Assembly: GCA_947629635.1 (NCBI GenBank)
Contig: CANREO010000002.1
Span: forward strand, 1-44,151
Length of the DNA: 44,151 nucleotides
Origin: an uncultured Clostridia bacterium
GTDB lineage: Bacteria; Bacillota; Clostridia; Christensenellales; CAG-917
Direction: 5' to 3'
Position 1 is the first letter of the stretch. The number at the start of each line of letters is the position of its first letter. Of the stretch, positions 9,290 through 17,727 are shown one piece after another. A model generated the notes under the pieces. That model saw only the letters and a program-made list of their open reading frames with translations. It was not told the origin of the DNA and searched no databases. Position numbers and translations under genes: made by a program.

Positions 9290-10591
9290 CTATTTGCCAA
9301 CTGCGTCCACAAAAGACGCGCCTGTCTGAGGCAATATTTCCTCTCTTCTTTCCTCTCCCGTAGCAGGAGACGAATTCAACAACTCGTATACTGCGCTTGC
9401 AGTCAGCACAAACATCTTTTCTATCTCCTTGTTTTGAGGCGTATGCTGCGCCCTGTAGTCGGTGAGTATCGTCGCCGTCCTTATTCCGTTTTTGGCAAAG
9501 CAATCTGAGGCATAGCCGTGCACCGAGGCCAATTTTCTTTCAAACGCTCCGTATGCCGACAACTCAATATTGTATTTGTGCGCTGCGCCGCGTATGGCGG
9601 AAATCACCGCGTCTGAAAAATGTATGCGTCTGAAAGCGTCCGATTCGGCTATTTTGAAACTACCGTCGCAAATGTCTCCCAGGCAAAGGATATCGGCGTC
9701 GGCATATTCCGGGTGCGCCTTCATGAAAGCCGCCGAACCGCCGTGTCCCGAATTTTCGCCGCCGAATGATACGTACACTACACGCGTGTTGTCGGGCATA
9801 AACTCGGGATTTTCCGCAAAATACGCAAAAGCCGCCATTGCGACCGATGTCGCTACGCCGTTGTTGCGCCTGCAATGCTTTTCAAAAGGCGAATAATGCA
9901 ATAAAATCGTCAAAGTCCCCATAGTCCCGAGAACTGCCGGCACTACCGCAAATGCCGTAACACGCGCATTGGTTTCCGTGCCGAGCGCCATTTTCAGCAC
10001 GCAAAAGAGGATAAAAACAAACGCCGAGACGGGCGCCGCGAGCAACGTGACGCGTCTTATGAAGCCCGCGTCGCCGAAATAACTGCCCAATGCGGCGTCG
10101 TGGTTGTCGGCAATAACTACAGTGCGCGGCGAGCCGTTGCTTTCGGGCTTTGTAAACTCACTCACTACATTGTACGAAACCTTGGAAGAAAGCAATTTGC
10201 TCAATTTCCTGTCGCCGAAAAACAGCATGAGCATGACCACAGTGCCCGAAACAAACACCAAAAGCGCAAGCAACGTCAGCAATATGCCCGCTACTCGTTT
10301 GCCCGCAAAGGATAAGAAATACAACGCATATGCGGCAAGGCACCACAGCCCCCAAAACGGAAAAATCCCTCTGCCTAGCATGGGGTATGCCTTATACGCC
10401 TCCATACGCGTATTCACCTCTGTCTCGTCCTCAAGCCTGCTACGAATGGTCCGCGCGCACGCAGTTTCCTGCATCGAGCCCGTAAGACGACCGGGAAATA
10501 CGCTTATTTCCTCTGAAAAGCCTGCTATAAACTCTGCCGCGTCATTCAAATCTTCGGCGGAAAACATATTTCTGTTTTGCGGAAGTTCCAT
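9290..10591 (-). CDS. M28-peptidase-like membrane protein with non-canonical metal-ligand positions
   Basis: 433 aa. M28-like blocks are ADNHD, RRNNGVATS, FGGENSGHGGS, CLGDICDG and YASDCFAKNGI. TM helices are inserted in the N-terminal half. Confidence 0.55.
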   Translation of the reverse strand: MELPQNRNMFSAEDLNDAAEFIAGFSEEISVFPGRLTGSMQETACARTIRSRLEDETEVNTRMEAYKAYPMLGRGIFPFWGLWCLAAYALYFLSFAGKRVAGILLTLLALLVFVSGTVVMLMLFFGDRKLSKLLSSKVSYNVVSEFTKPESNGSPRTVVIADNHDAALGSYFGDAGFIRRVTLLAAPVSAFVFILFCVLKMALGTETNARVTAFAVVPAVLGTMGTLTILLHYSPFEKHCRRNNGVATSVAMAAFAYFAENPEFMPDNTRVVYVSFGGENSGHGGSAAFMKAHPEYADADILCLGDICDGSFKIAESDAFRRIHFSDAVISAIRGAAHKYNIELSAYGAFERKLASVHGYASDCFAKNGIRTATILTDYRAQHTPQNKEIEKMFVLTASAVYELLNSSPATGEERREEILPQTGASFVDAVGK

Positions 10592-10597
10592 GTTTAC

Positions 10598-10626
10598 ATT
10601 ATAGCCTCTATCGTCCTTTTAGGCAA
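10598..10626 (-). promoter_or_regulatory. Promoter abutting the ATG of the M28-like gene (candidate leaderless)
   Basis: On the minus strand: TTGCCT, 17 nt, TATAAT, 6 nt (GTAAAC), then ATG. No SD at functional spacing. Confidence 0.5.
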
Positions 10627-10716
10627 GAAATTTGACATTCGGCTGTAATTTGAATTTGCGGCGTATCTTGCTTTCAAATTGTCGCTTGCGCTCCACCTCG
10701 AAAATTTTCGGACAAT

Positions 10717-10748
10717 AAAAGCGGTCCGACCTGAGTCGAACCGCTTTT
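10717..10748. terminator. Terminator downstream of the 839-aa lipoprotein gene
   Basis: 10-bp stem GCGGTCCGAC/GTCGAACCGC (one mismatch), flanked by AAAA and TTTT. Confidence 0.6.
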
Positions 10749-10765
10749 CTTAAATCATTATTGCG

Positions 10766-13285
10766 TTATTGAAACACATTCCATCCCGTCTTGTCGGACG
10801 CGGAATTGTATTCCTGATAGTAGTCGTTGCAATTCACGCTATCCTTGAGCGCCAAGGAGAGGCTCAGTTCCGCATTGGCCTGAGTGCTGACTGTTGCTTT
10901 GACGTCTATTTCGAATCCGTCTGTGCAGTCAAGCGTTAGATTGACATTCAGGCTGTTGAACAGTGCGCGAACAAGATAATCGATATAGTCGCGAGCAGTG
11001 GGCTCCGTCTTGCTGAATGCGTCTTCTCCCTTGATCGTGATGCCCGTCGCAAGTTTTTCGGGAATACGCTTGTCGTCCAGTGCGTTAAACTTGCCTTCAA
11101 GCCAATCCACCATCTTGACGATGCTTGCCTCCTTGCTCCAATCGCTGACTTTGGGCAAAGTGTTTGCAACGCTGCTGACTACCGTAAGCACGTCTTTTAC
11201 GGCAAGGCTGAGCTCGCCGTCGCCGGTCGTTGCCATCGGGAATATGATCCTGATCATATCAACGACAGACGCGATATACTCCTTCGCGCCGGGGCCGTCC
11301 GCCGCTTCGACCGCACTGCTGCCTTCTGCCTCCGCTACCGGTGGTACTGCCGGAGGATCGGGGATGGTTTGTTTCATCAAAGAAGCCATGACGACTGCCT
11401 TTATATAGTCGAACCATTCATCGGCATAAGTTTTAGTAAACTTCTTTACTATATCCATTTCCTTTTCGAGGTTGAGATGGTTGTTGTCATTCCATTTTTT
11501 AAGATATCCCTTTACATCTTGAATAACTTGTTTGACATCTCTCCTCACGCTGTCCATATTGATATCTATGACGGCGCCCTTGAAGTTTTCGTTGAATTTA
11601 GTATGATCCGGGGTCCCTTGAGTCGAATCGAAGATAGCGCTCTCGAGCTGCGTCATCAATTCCGGATGACCTAAGGCTGTAAATAAACTGTTGACCCCTT
11701 TATATATGTCTTCTCCAAACAGGCTGAAGACCGTGGGCAACACTTTATTGGTGCCGATCTTGGCGTCCGGATTTGCCTTTACCGTAAGATGACCCTTGCT
11801 GCCGTCTTCGTACGGAGCATAGCTTATTGCAAGCAACTCGCTCTTATTTATGTTGGCAAAGACATCCAGTTTAAGCGTATCGAGGATATGATTGGTCTGG
11901 AAGTTAGCTTTGATGCCAAGCTTTATCTCCGTATTGCTCAAATCGATTGTGGGCGCCTGATTTTGGAACCTGTCGCTGAACTTATTGGGATCGATGCCGA
12001 AACCGTTGAGTTTAAGCGTGATCGCGCTGTCTATCGCCACGTCGTAGCTGTAGTCATCTTTATTGGGCAAGCTCAGATCGTTGGTCGTTGTCCTCTTAGA
12101 AATGTCGAGGCGGTTGACTTTCACATTGATATAAGGCGATTGATTGCCGAATTTCGACGCTTCCGTCAACAACTGAGCATACAGCGATACGCTTTCAAGC
12201 GCGTTGTTTTTCTCTTCGAAACTCAACTTGATATAAGGCGCGTCTTTATCTTTAGTGTTCGAGAAAAGCGAAGGCATATTTACAGCTATGCCGAGAATCG
12301 AGAAAATGCTCTTGTCGAGCTCAAGTTCATAGGTGTTAACTCCCGTTGTCTTATTGGTTTTCACGTTTGACGTAAAGAGGTCTGCAAATACGTCTCCTTT
12401 GACGATTTCACTCACTTTAAGATTGCCATTGGCGTCAAACATGTCGTCAACCGTCTTCTCTTCGGTCTCGGTACCCAAAAGAATATCCGCGATCATATTG
12501 CCCAAAGACACTTTTGCTCCGGCAATGTCGAATTCCGCGTTCTCCAATTTTTGCTTAAGATCAAATGTTGTATCCGCCTTTCCGACAAGGTCAAATATGC
12601 TCGTCACAAAAGCGTCCAGCGACCAATCGGGACCCATATTGCCTACGATAGCATCCAAAATATTGTTGACGGTAAGACCTGTGGGATCGGGATTTTTGTT
12701 GTCCGCGACAATGTTTTTGCCGAGCGCATTGAAAAGCACCGTCGGAAGATCATAGAAATGTTTTCCGTCAATGGTGAAGCTGTCTACGGGGATCCTTATT
12801 TGCTGCCCCGAGATGTCCACGTAAATGCAACGCGACTCGCCGCTTGCCGTGTCATACAACGGGTCGTCCAAGAAGACATACAGTGTGCAAATGTCCGTCG
12901 GGCTTGCAGTGAGACCGGATGTGGTGTATATCCTGACCTTTGCCGCCGTGTGTTCGGATTTGTTTGGCGTGCTTCTGTCAATGACGGCCTCCACATCAAA
13001 GCCCAAACCGGCGCATGAAACGGGTCTGTATCCGCCCGTCGTAGCGGCGCCCATATTGAGTTGTACGTCAAACGCGACCTTAAGATCTTCGTCAGATCCG
13101 ATGGCGTCCGCAGTTTTGTTGTCGATCATCGTAAACAGTTTGGCAAAGTATTCTTTGGAATTTGCGGTTATCGGTGGCGGCTCATTGTTGTTATCGTCGT
13201 CTTTTTTATGGCAAGCGACCAATGCGACTGCCATAATAACCACAAGTAACAGCACCAAAACTGTCCTGAAGTTAAATTTTTTCAT
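10766..13285 (-). CDS. Large lipoprotein of unknown function
   Basis: The start is reassigned to ATG 13285 (MKKFNF...), with SD AGGAGG. Signal peptide with lipobox LVAC. 839 aa with no motif I recognise. Confidence 0.6.
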   Translation of the reverse strand: MKKFNFRTVLVLLLVVIMAVALVACHKKDDDNNNEPPPITANSKEYFAKLFTMIDNKTADAIGSDEDLKVAFDVQLNMGAATTGGYRPVSCAGLGFDVEAVIDRSTPNKSEHTAAKVRIYTTSGLTASPTDICTLYVFLDDPLYDTASGESRCIYVDISGQQIRIPVDSFTIDGKHFYDLPTVLFNALGKNIVADNKNPDPTGLTVNNILDAIVGNMGPDWSLDAFVTSIFDLVGKADTTFDLKQKLENAEFDIAGAKVSLGNMIADILLGTETEEKTVDDMFDANGNLKVSEIVKGDVFADLFTSNVKTNKTTGVNTYELELDKSIFSILGIAVNMPSLFSNTKDKDAPYIKLSFEEKNNALESVSLYAQLLTEASKFGNQSPYINVKVNRLDISKRTTTNDLSLPNKDDYSYDVAIDSAITLKLNGFGIDPNKFSDRFQNQAPTIDLSNTEIKLGIKANFQTNHILDTLKLDVFANINKSELLAISYAPYEDGSKGHLTVKANPDAKIGTNKVLPTVFSLFGEDIYKGVNSLFTALGHPELMTQLESAIFDSTQGTPDHTKFNENFKGAVIDINMDSVRRDVKQVIQDVKGYLKKWNDNNHLNLEKEMDIVKKFTKTYADEWFDYIKAVVMASLMKQTIPDPPAVPPVAEAEGSSAVEAADGPGAKEYIASVVDMIRIIFPMATTGDGELSLAVKDVLTVVSSVANTLPKVSDWSKEASIVKMVDWLEGKFNALDDKRIPEKLATGITIKGEDAFSKTEPTARDYIDYLVRALFNSLNVNLTLDCTDGFEIDVKATVSTQANAELSLSLALKDSVNCNDYYQEYNSASDKTGWNVFQ

Positions 13286-13454
13286 AATTCCTCCTGAAAA
13301 AATCCACGTTCCAAACATATTATGTATGGGTTTGGATACATTTATTATATATTCATTTGAAAATGTTGTCAATATGCGCGCATCTTTTGAGATTTCCTTA
13401 ATAGAGCGTATCTTGTCGCATGATGAATTATTATATGTAAAACAAATTAGGTTT

Positions 13455-14177
13455 TCAACTCAACAAACCGTCCACAGGCAGCACCGCGCCTGAGATGTAC
13501 TCGCTTTCCGCGACAAACAATATCGCGTCGGCGACTTCCTTCGCGCTTCCCAAACGACCAAGCAATATTTTGTCCGAAATAAGCCGCTCTACGTCCTCAA
13601 CGGAATATTCTTTCATCATATCCGTATCTATCGCGCCCGGCGCAACGGCGTTGACCCTTACGCCCATGGGAGCGAGTTCTTTGGCAAGCGCTCTTGTAAA
13701 GCCGTTTACGGCAGACTTTGACGCGGAATATGCGACCTCCATGCTTGCGCCTGTGCTGCCCCAAACCGAAGATATGTTGACAACGGAGCCCTTTCTTGCA
13801 ATAAGTTCGGGCAAAAATTCCTTGGTGACGTTAAACACCCCTTTCGTGTTCACTTTGAATACTCTTTCCCAATCCTCGACGGAAGTGTCAAGCAAAAGTT
13901 TACTCATCGATATGCCCGCGTTGTTGACGAGCACGTCTATGTGCTTAAAACGGGCGATGGCTTGTCTTGCCGCTTCCTTTACGCTCGCGACGTCGCCGAC
14001 GTCGCATTTTATTGCCGCTACGCCGCCAAATCGCGCGTTAAGTTCTCCTTCCAGCTCGCGCGCTCTTTCCTCGCCCGTGAAATAGGTGAATATTACGTTA
14101 TATTTACCCGCCGCCGCACGGACTGTCGCCTCGCCTATTCCGCGGCTGCCGCCCGTGATGAAAATGGTTTTGCTCAT
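13455..14177 (-). CDS. Short-chain dehydrogenase/reductase, FabG-like
   Basis: 240 aa. TGGSRGIG cofactor motif, NNAG, and catalytic Y-x3-K (YSASK). Confidence 0.8.
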   Translation of the reverse strand: MSKTIFITGGSRGIGEATVRAAAGKYNVIFTYFTGEERARELEGELNARFGGVAAIKCDVGDVASVKEAARQAIARFKHIDVLVNNAGISMSKLLLDTSVEDWERVFKVNTKGVFNVTKEFLPELIARKGSVVNISSVWGSTGASMEVAYSASKSAVNGFTRALAKELAPMGVRVNAVAPGAIDTDMMKEYSVEDVERLISDKILLGRLGSAKEVADAILFVAESEYISGAVLPVDGLLS

Positions 14178-14218
14178 CCGCCGTCCTCTTTTATTGCGCT
14201 AATCCTATCAAATTTTAT

Positions 14219-14246
14219 AAAAAAGGACGGAAAACTCCGTCCCTTT
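14219..14246 (-). terminator. Terminator of the DUF5050-like lipoprotein gene
   Basis: Stem GGACGGA/TCCGTCC with a 4-nt loop and a T-run on the minus strand. Confidence 0.7.
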
Positions 14247-14258
14247 AAATAAATTTGT

Positions 14259-15662
14259 TTATTTATCCTCTTCTTCCTCGGGACGACCGACTCCGATATA
14301 TGCACTTTCGATCTTTTCGCCGTCTGCATCCGTCTTTTCAAACGTAAGGAAGTTGATTGTATGCATCCAATTGTCGTCGCTCGTTGCAAAGAAGTACAGC
14401 CTGTCGCCGATAAATTCCAGCTTCAATTCGTCTATCTTCATGCTCTCTGCGATGACGATATCCGCGTTGCCTTCGCCCTTATACGAGATTTTGTCAAGTT
14501 CTGACGCCGACGAACTTGCCGAATAATATATGATGCCGTTTTTTTGGTCCACATAGTGGATCGTTGTGGACGAACCCGTCACTTCTACGGGTATCGGAGT
14601 CTCCGAGTTGCCGTCATACCAACTGCTGCCACTGAAAGCGCCCTCTTCATAACCCAACGGATAGAGGGACGTGAGGGCCGTCGTCTTAAGCATCTTCTCG
14701 GTGTTTTTTATGTCCGATGCCTTCGCGCAGAATGTTCCCGCGTCTTGTGTGGACGACGAGGAAGATCCGTACATATACGTCTTCGAATAATACAAAGTCA
14801 CGTCGTCTTGCTCGGGATAGATGTCCACAAGCGAATATTTGTAGACATGCAGGCTGTCCGCATTTGGATCGGTATCGTTTGCGACAAAGGTGTTTTCCGT
14901 CGCCAACACCTTGTCCGTCTTGCCGTCAAACGTGATGGAATGGATCTCGTTGTAGTTTTTATAACTGTCTGTAGTGCCGTCCAACGTCTTGACATAAAAC
15001 GCTTTGTCCACGGCATAGTCCCATACGACAGTGCTTACGTGCTCCGCGAGCACGCCCGCGACCGCACCCTTTCCGTTGTCCACGCTTTTGGATTTGGGCA
15101 TACCCGAAAAATCAATGTAGTTTATAACACTCTGGTCGGAATCAAAGTACAATATTCTGTTTTCGGTGAAGAAATACGGCATCGTACGCGAATTTATTTG
15201 TGCGATACGTTGCGTCGCGCTGCCGTCAATCTTAGTGCGCATAAAGTCCATCTTGGTGGTGGAAGCGGTGCCGTTTTTGTCCTTATCGCTGTTGTATGTG
15301 GCATAATAGATCCAATCTTTGAAGATCGCGAAGCCGCCGTCCGCGCTGTTGTGCACAAGCTTTGGCACGACAACTTTTGCGGTATCGTTCTTTACGGCTC
15401 CATCCGCATCCAATTCCGCTCTGACAATAGCATTCTTTTGAGGTGTGCCAAACGTATTGTCGCCGTCATAACCGGCATATCCGTTGATGAAGTACAGATA
15501 ATTGCCCTGCTTCACGACATAGCCGCCGTTTGACTCCGCCGTCGCGTCGGGATCGCCGCCGCCGATGCCTTTCCACTTGTAGGGGTTGCAAGCGACAAAA
15601 CATACGGCGCATATCGCTATAAGCAGGATCGTTGCCGCTGCAACAATGAGTTTCTTTTTCAT
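14259..15662 (-). CDS. Lipoprotein, probably beta-propeller (DUF5050-like)
   Basis: 467 aa. SD AAGGAGA and lipobox FVAC. Repeated YY/YF...D-rich blades (GNYLYFING, DWIYYAT, NRILYFDS, GIIYYSAS, DRLYFFAT). Confidence 0.55.
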   Translation of the reverse strand: MKKKLIVAAATILLIAICAVCFVACNPYKWKGIGGGDPDATAESNGGYVVKQGNYLYFINGYAGYDGDNTFGTPQKNAIVRAELDADGAVKNDTAKVVVPKLVHNSADGGFAIFKDWIYYATYNSDKDKNGTASTTKMDFMRTKIDGSATQRIAQINSRTMPYFFTENRILYFDSDQSVINYIDFSGMPKSKSVDNGKGAVAGVLAEHVSTVVWDYAVDKAFYVKTLDGTTDSYKNYNEIHSITFDGKTDKVLATENTFVANDTDPNADSLHVYKYSLVDIYPEQDDVTLYYSKTYMYGSSSSSTQDAGTFCAKASDIKNTEKMLKTTALTSLYPLGYEEGAFSGSSWYDGNSETPIPVEVTGSSTTIHYVDQKNGIIYYSASSSASELDKISYKGEGNADIVIAESMKIDELKLEFIGDRLYFFATSDDNWMHTINFLTFEKTDADGEKIESAYIGVGRPEEEEDK

Positions 15663-15729
15663 ATATCTCCTTTATGACTCAGGTTCTAACGCTTGCCTTG
15701 CGGCAAGACTTTGCTATACCTTTGCTATA

Positions 15730-15758
15730 TTTATAACCTTTATTTACAAATTTGTCAA
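15730..15758 (-). promoter_or_regulatory. Promoter of the DUF5050-like lipoprotein gene
   Basis: On the minus strand: TTGACA, 17 nt, TATAAA. Confidence 0.5.
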
Positions 15759-15781
15759 ATGCACATAACCGCAGACGCCTT

Positions 15782-15856
15782 TTATGCGCTTTCCTTAGGT
15801 AAATCGAGTTTTATGTGCACTTCTTTCAATTGCTTTTCCGTTACTTTTGACGGGAC
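15782..15856 (-). pseudogene. Orphan fragment homologous to the last ~20 codons of aspS
   Basis: It encodes PSKVTEKQLKEVHIKLDLPK, identical to the AspS C-terminus. Across those 60 nt it differs from the real copy (15973-16032) by 7 nt, all synonymous. An upstream in-frame TGA shows it is not part of a gene. Confidence 0.85.
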
Positions 15857-15867
15857 ACGTCAAAAGT
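15843..15867. repeat. Perfect 10-bp inverted repeat at the breakpoint of the aspS fragment
   Basis: ACTTTTGACG-GGACA-CGTCAAAAGT. The left arm is aspS-derived sequence and the right arm is its inverted copy. Confidence 0.9.
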
Positions 15868-15966
15868 CCCTCGGCGATTGGTCCATAAGCAAGTCTCACG
15901 CAGCACACTGTATTCGCCTTATTATGCTTTAAGAAAAGCTCTCTCGCCTTGCTTGTGTACGCATGC

Positions 15967-17712
15967 TCAGTCTTTGGGCAAATCAAGTTTTATGTGTACC
16001 TCTTTCAGTTGCTTTTCCGTTACTTTTGACGGGGCGCCCATAAGTATATCCCTCGCATTCCTGTCCATTGGGAAAGTAATGACTTCGCGGATATTTTGCT
16101 CGTTGAGCAACAACATCACTATGCGGTCCACACCAGGGGCTATGCCTGCGTGCGGCGGCGCTCCGAACTTGAACGCGTTGTAAAGCGCGGAAAATTTCTG
16201 CTCTATCACGTCTTTTCCGTAACCGACGATTTCGAAAGCTCTTTCCATAATTGCCGGCTCGTGATTGCGCACCGCGCCGCTTGAAAGTTCGACGCCGTTG
16301 ACAACGCTATCATACTGATAAGCCAATATGTCAAGCGGATCTTGCGTGTTGAGCGCCTCGAGACCGCCCTGAGGCATAGAGAAGGGGTTGTGGCAGAAGC
16401 CAAGTTCTCCCTCGTCGTCGTATTCGTACATCGGGAAGTCCACGATCCAGCAGAAGCGATAGGCGTCCTTTTCAAGCAAATCCAGCCCTGTACCCAGCTC
16501 CGTGCGCAAATATCCGGCTTGTTTTTCCGCGCCTTTTTCTTCGGCGACCATAGCCACAAATCCCCCTGCTTTTAAGTCTAGGCGCTCCGAAAGAGCTTGC
16601 TTTTCATTTGCGACGAATTTTGCGACACCGCCGGCAAGCTCTCCGTTTTCGTCCAGCTTAAACCAATACATATTGCTTGCGCCGTTCTGCTTTACGCGTT
16701 CGGTCAAAGCGTCGATCCACTTCCTCGTCTCCTTAAAGTCGTTGACCGCGACCGCCTTTATTGTCTTGCCCTTTTCAAAGAAGGGCGCTTTGCCTTCGAG
16801 AATGTCCGTGACGTCTTTGACTATCAACGGGTTGCGAAGATCGGGCTTGTCCGTGCCGAAATCCCTCATAGCGTCGCGATAGGAGATGCGACGGAAAGGC
16901 CCCTTGTCCACCTTGAAATGTTTGGGCGCAAACTCGCTGAATACGCCGCTGAGCACTTCTTCCATAACCGCAAATACATCCTCTTGAGTGGCAAAGCACA
17001 TTTCCGTATCGAGTTGATAAAATTCGCCGGGGCTTCTGTCCGCACGCGCGTCTTCGTCGCGGAAACAGGGCGCTATTTGAAAATACCTGTCGAAGCCGCT
17101 TGTCATAAGCAACTGTTTATATTGTTGCGGAGCTTGCGGCAACGCGTAAAAGTGCCCGGGATATACCCTTGACGGCACTATATAATCCCTTGCACCCTCC
17201 GGAGAGCTGGATGTGAGGATGGGCGTCGTGATTTCCAAAAATCCGAGTTCCGTCATCTTTTGTCTGAGCCAGCTTACCACCTTGGATCGAAAGACGATCT
17301 TACTTTTGACGTCGGGATTGCGCAAATCCAAAAAGCGATATTTCAGTCTTACATCCTCTCTGGATTGAGTCGAAGTTGCCACCTCGAAGGGCAATTGCTC
17401 ATAGCATCTGCCCAAAACTTCGATGCGCTCGGGCTCTATTTCGATCATACCCGTGGGCATATCTTTATTGGGCGCGCTGCGCAACACTACTTTACCCTCG
17501 ACCGACACCGTGCTTTCGCGTGGGATGCTTCTTATCTGCTCCTTTTTTTCGTCGTCCGCGACAACCGCTTGTGTATAGCCGTAGTAATCCCTAAGCACGA
17601 AAAATATCACAGCGCCCAAATCGCGCACGCTGCTCAACCAGCCGCAAAGCTTTACCCTTTTGCCGACATCGCCTTCGCGAAGCTCTCCGCATGTATGTGT
17701 TCTCAGTTCCAT
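15967..17712 (-). CDS. aspS: Aspartate--tRNA ligase (bacterial type)
   Basis: 581 aa. Class II motifs FRDEDARADRSPGEFYQLD and GAPPHAGIAPGVDR. Confidence 0.95.
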   Translation of the reverse strand: MELRTHTCGELREGDVGKRVKLCGWLSSVRDLGAVIFFVLRDYYGYTQAVVADDEKKEQIRSIPRESTVSVEGKVVLRSAPNKDMPTGMIEIEPERIEVLGRCYEQLPFEVATSTQSREDVRLKYRFLDLRNPDVKSKIVFRSKVVSWLRQKMTELGFLEITTPILTSSSPEGARDYIVPSRVYPGHFYALPQAPQQYKQLLMTSGFDRYFQIAPCFRDEDARADRSPGEFYQLDTEMCFATQEDVFAVMEEVLSGVFSEFAPKHFKVDKGPFRRISYRDAMRDFGTDKPDLRNPLIVKDVTDILEGKAPFFEKGKTIKAVAVNDFKETRKWIDALTERVKQNGASNMYWFKLDENGELAGGVAKFVANEKQALSERLDLKAGGFVAMVAEEKGAEKQAGYLRTELGTGLDLLEKDAYRFCWIVDFPMYEYDDEGELGFCHNPFSMPQGGLEALNTQDPLDILAYQYDSVVNGVELSSGAVRNHEPAIMERAFEIVGYGKDVIEQKFSALYNAFKFGAPPHAGIAPGVDRIVMLLLNEQNIREVITFPMDRNARDILMGAPSKVTEKQLKEVHIKLDLPKD

Positions 17713-17727
17713 ATCTACCTTCTTTAT

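Noticed and set aside
9282-9503. The 74-codon N-terminal extension of the EIIC-like ORF. Similar extensions occur at 13286-13372, 5570-5626, 20317-20370, 28940-28972 and 38686-38757.
   Set aside because: The extensions overlap the upstream gene or a promoter, lack an SD, and are Arg/Cys-rich. Internal ATGs with canonical SDs give sensible N-termini (signal peptides or conserved motifs).
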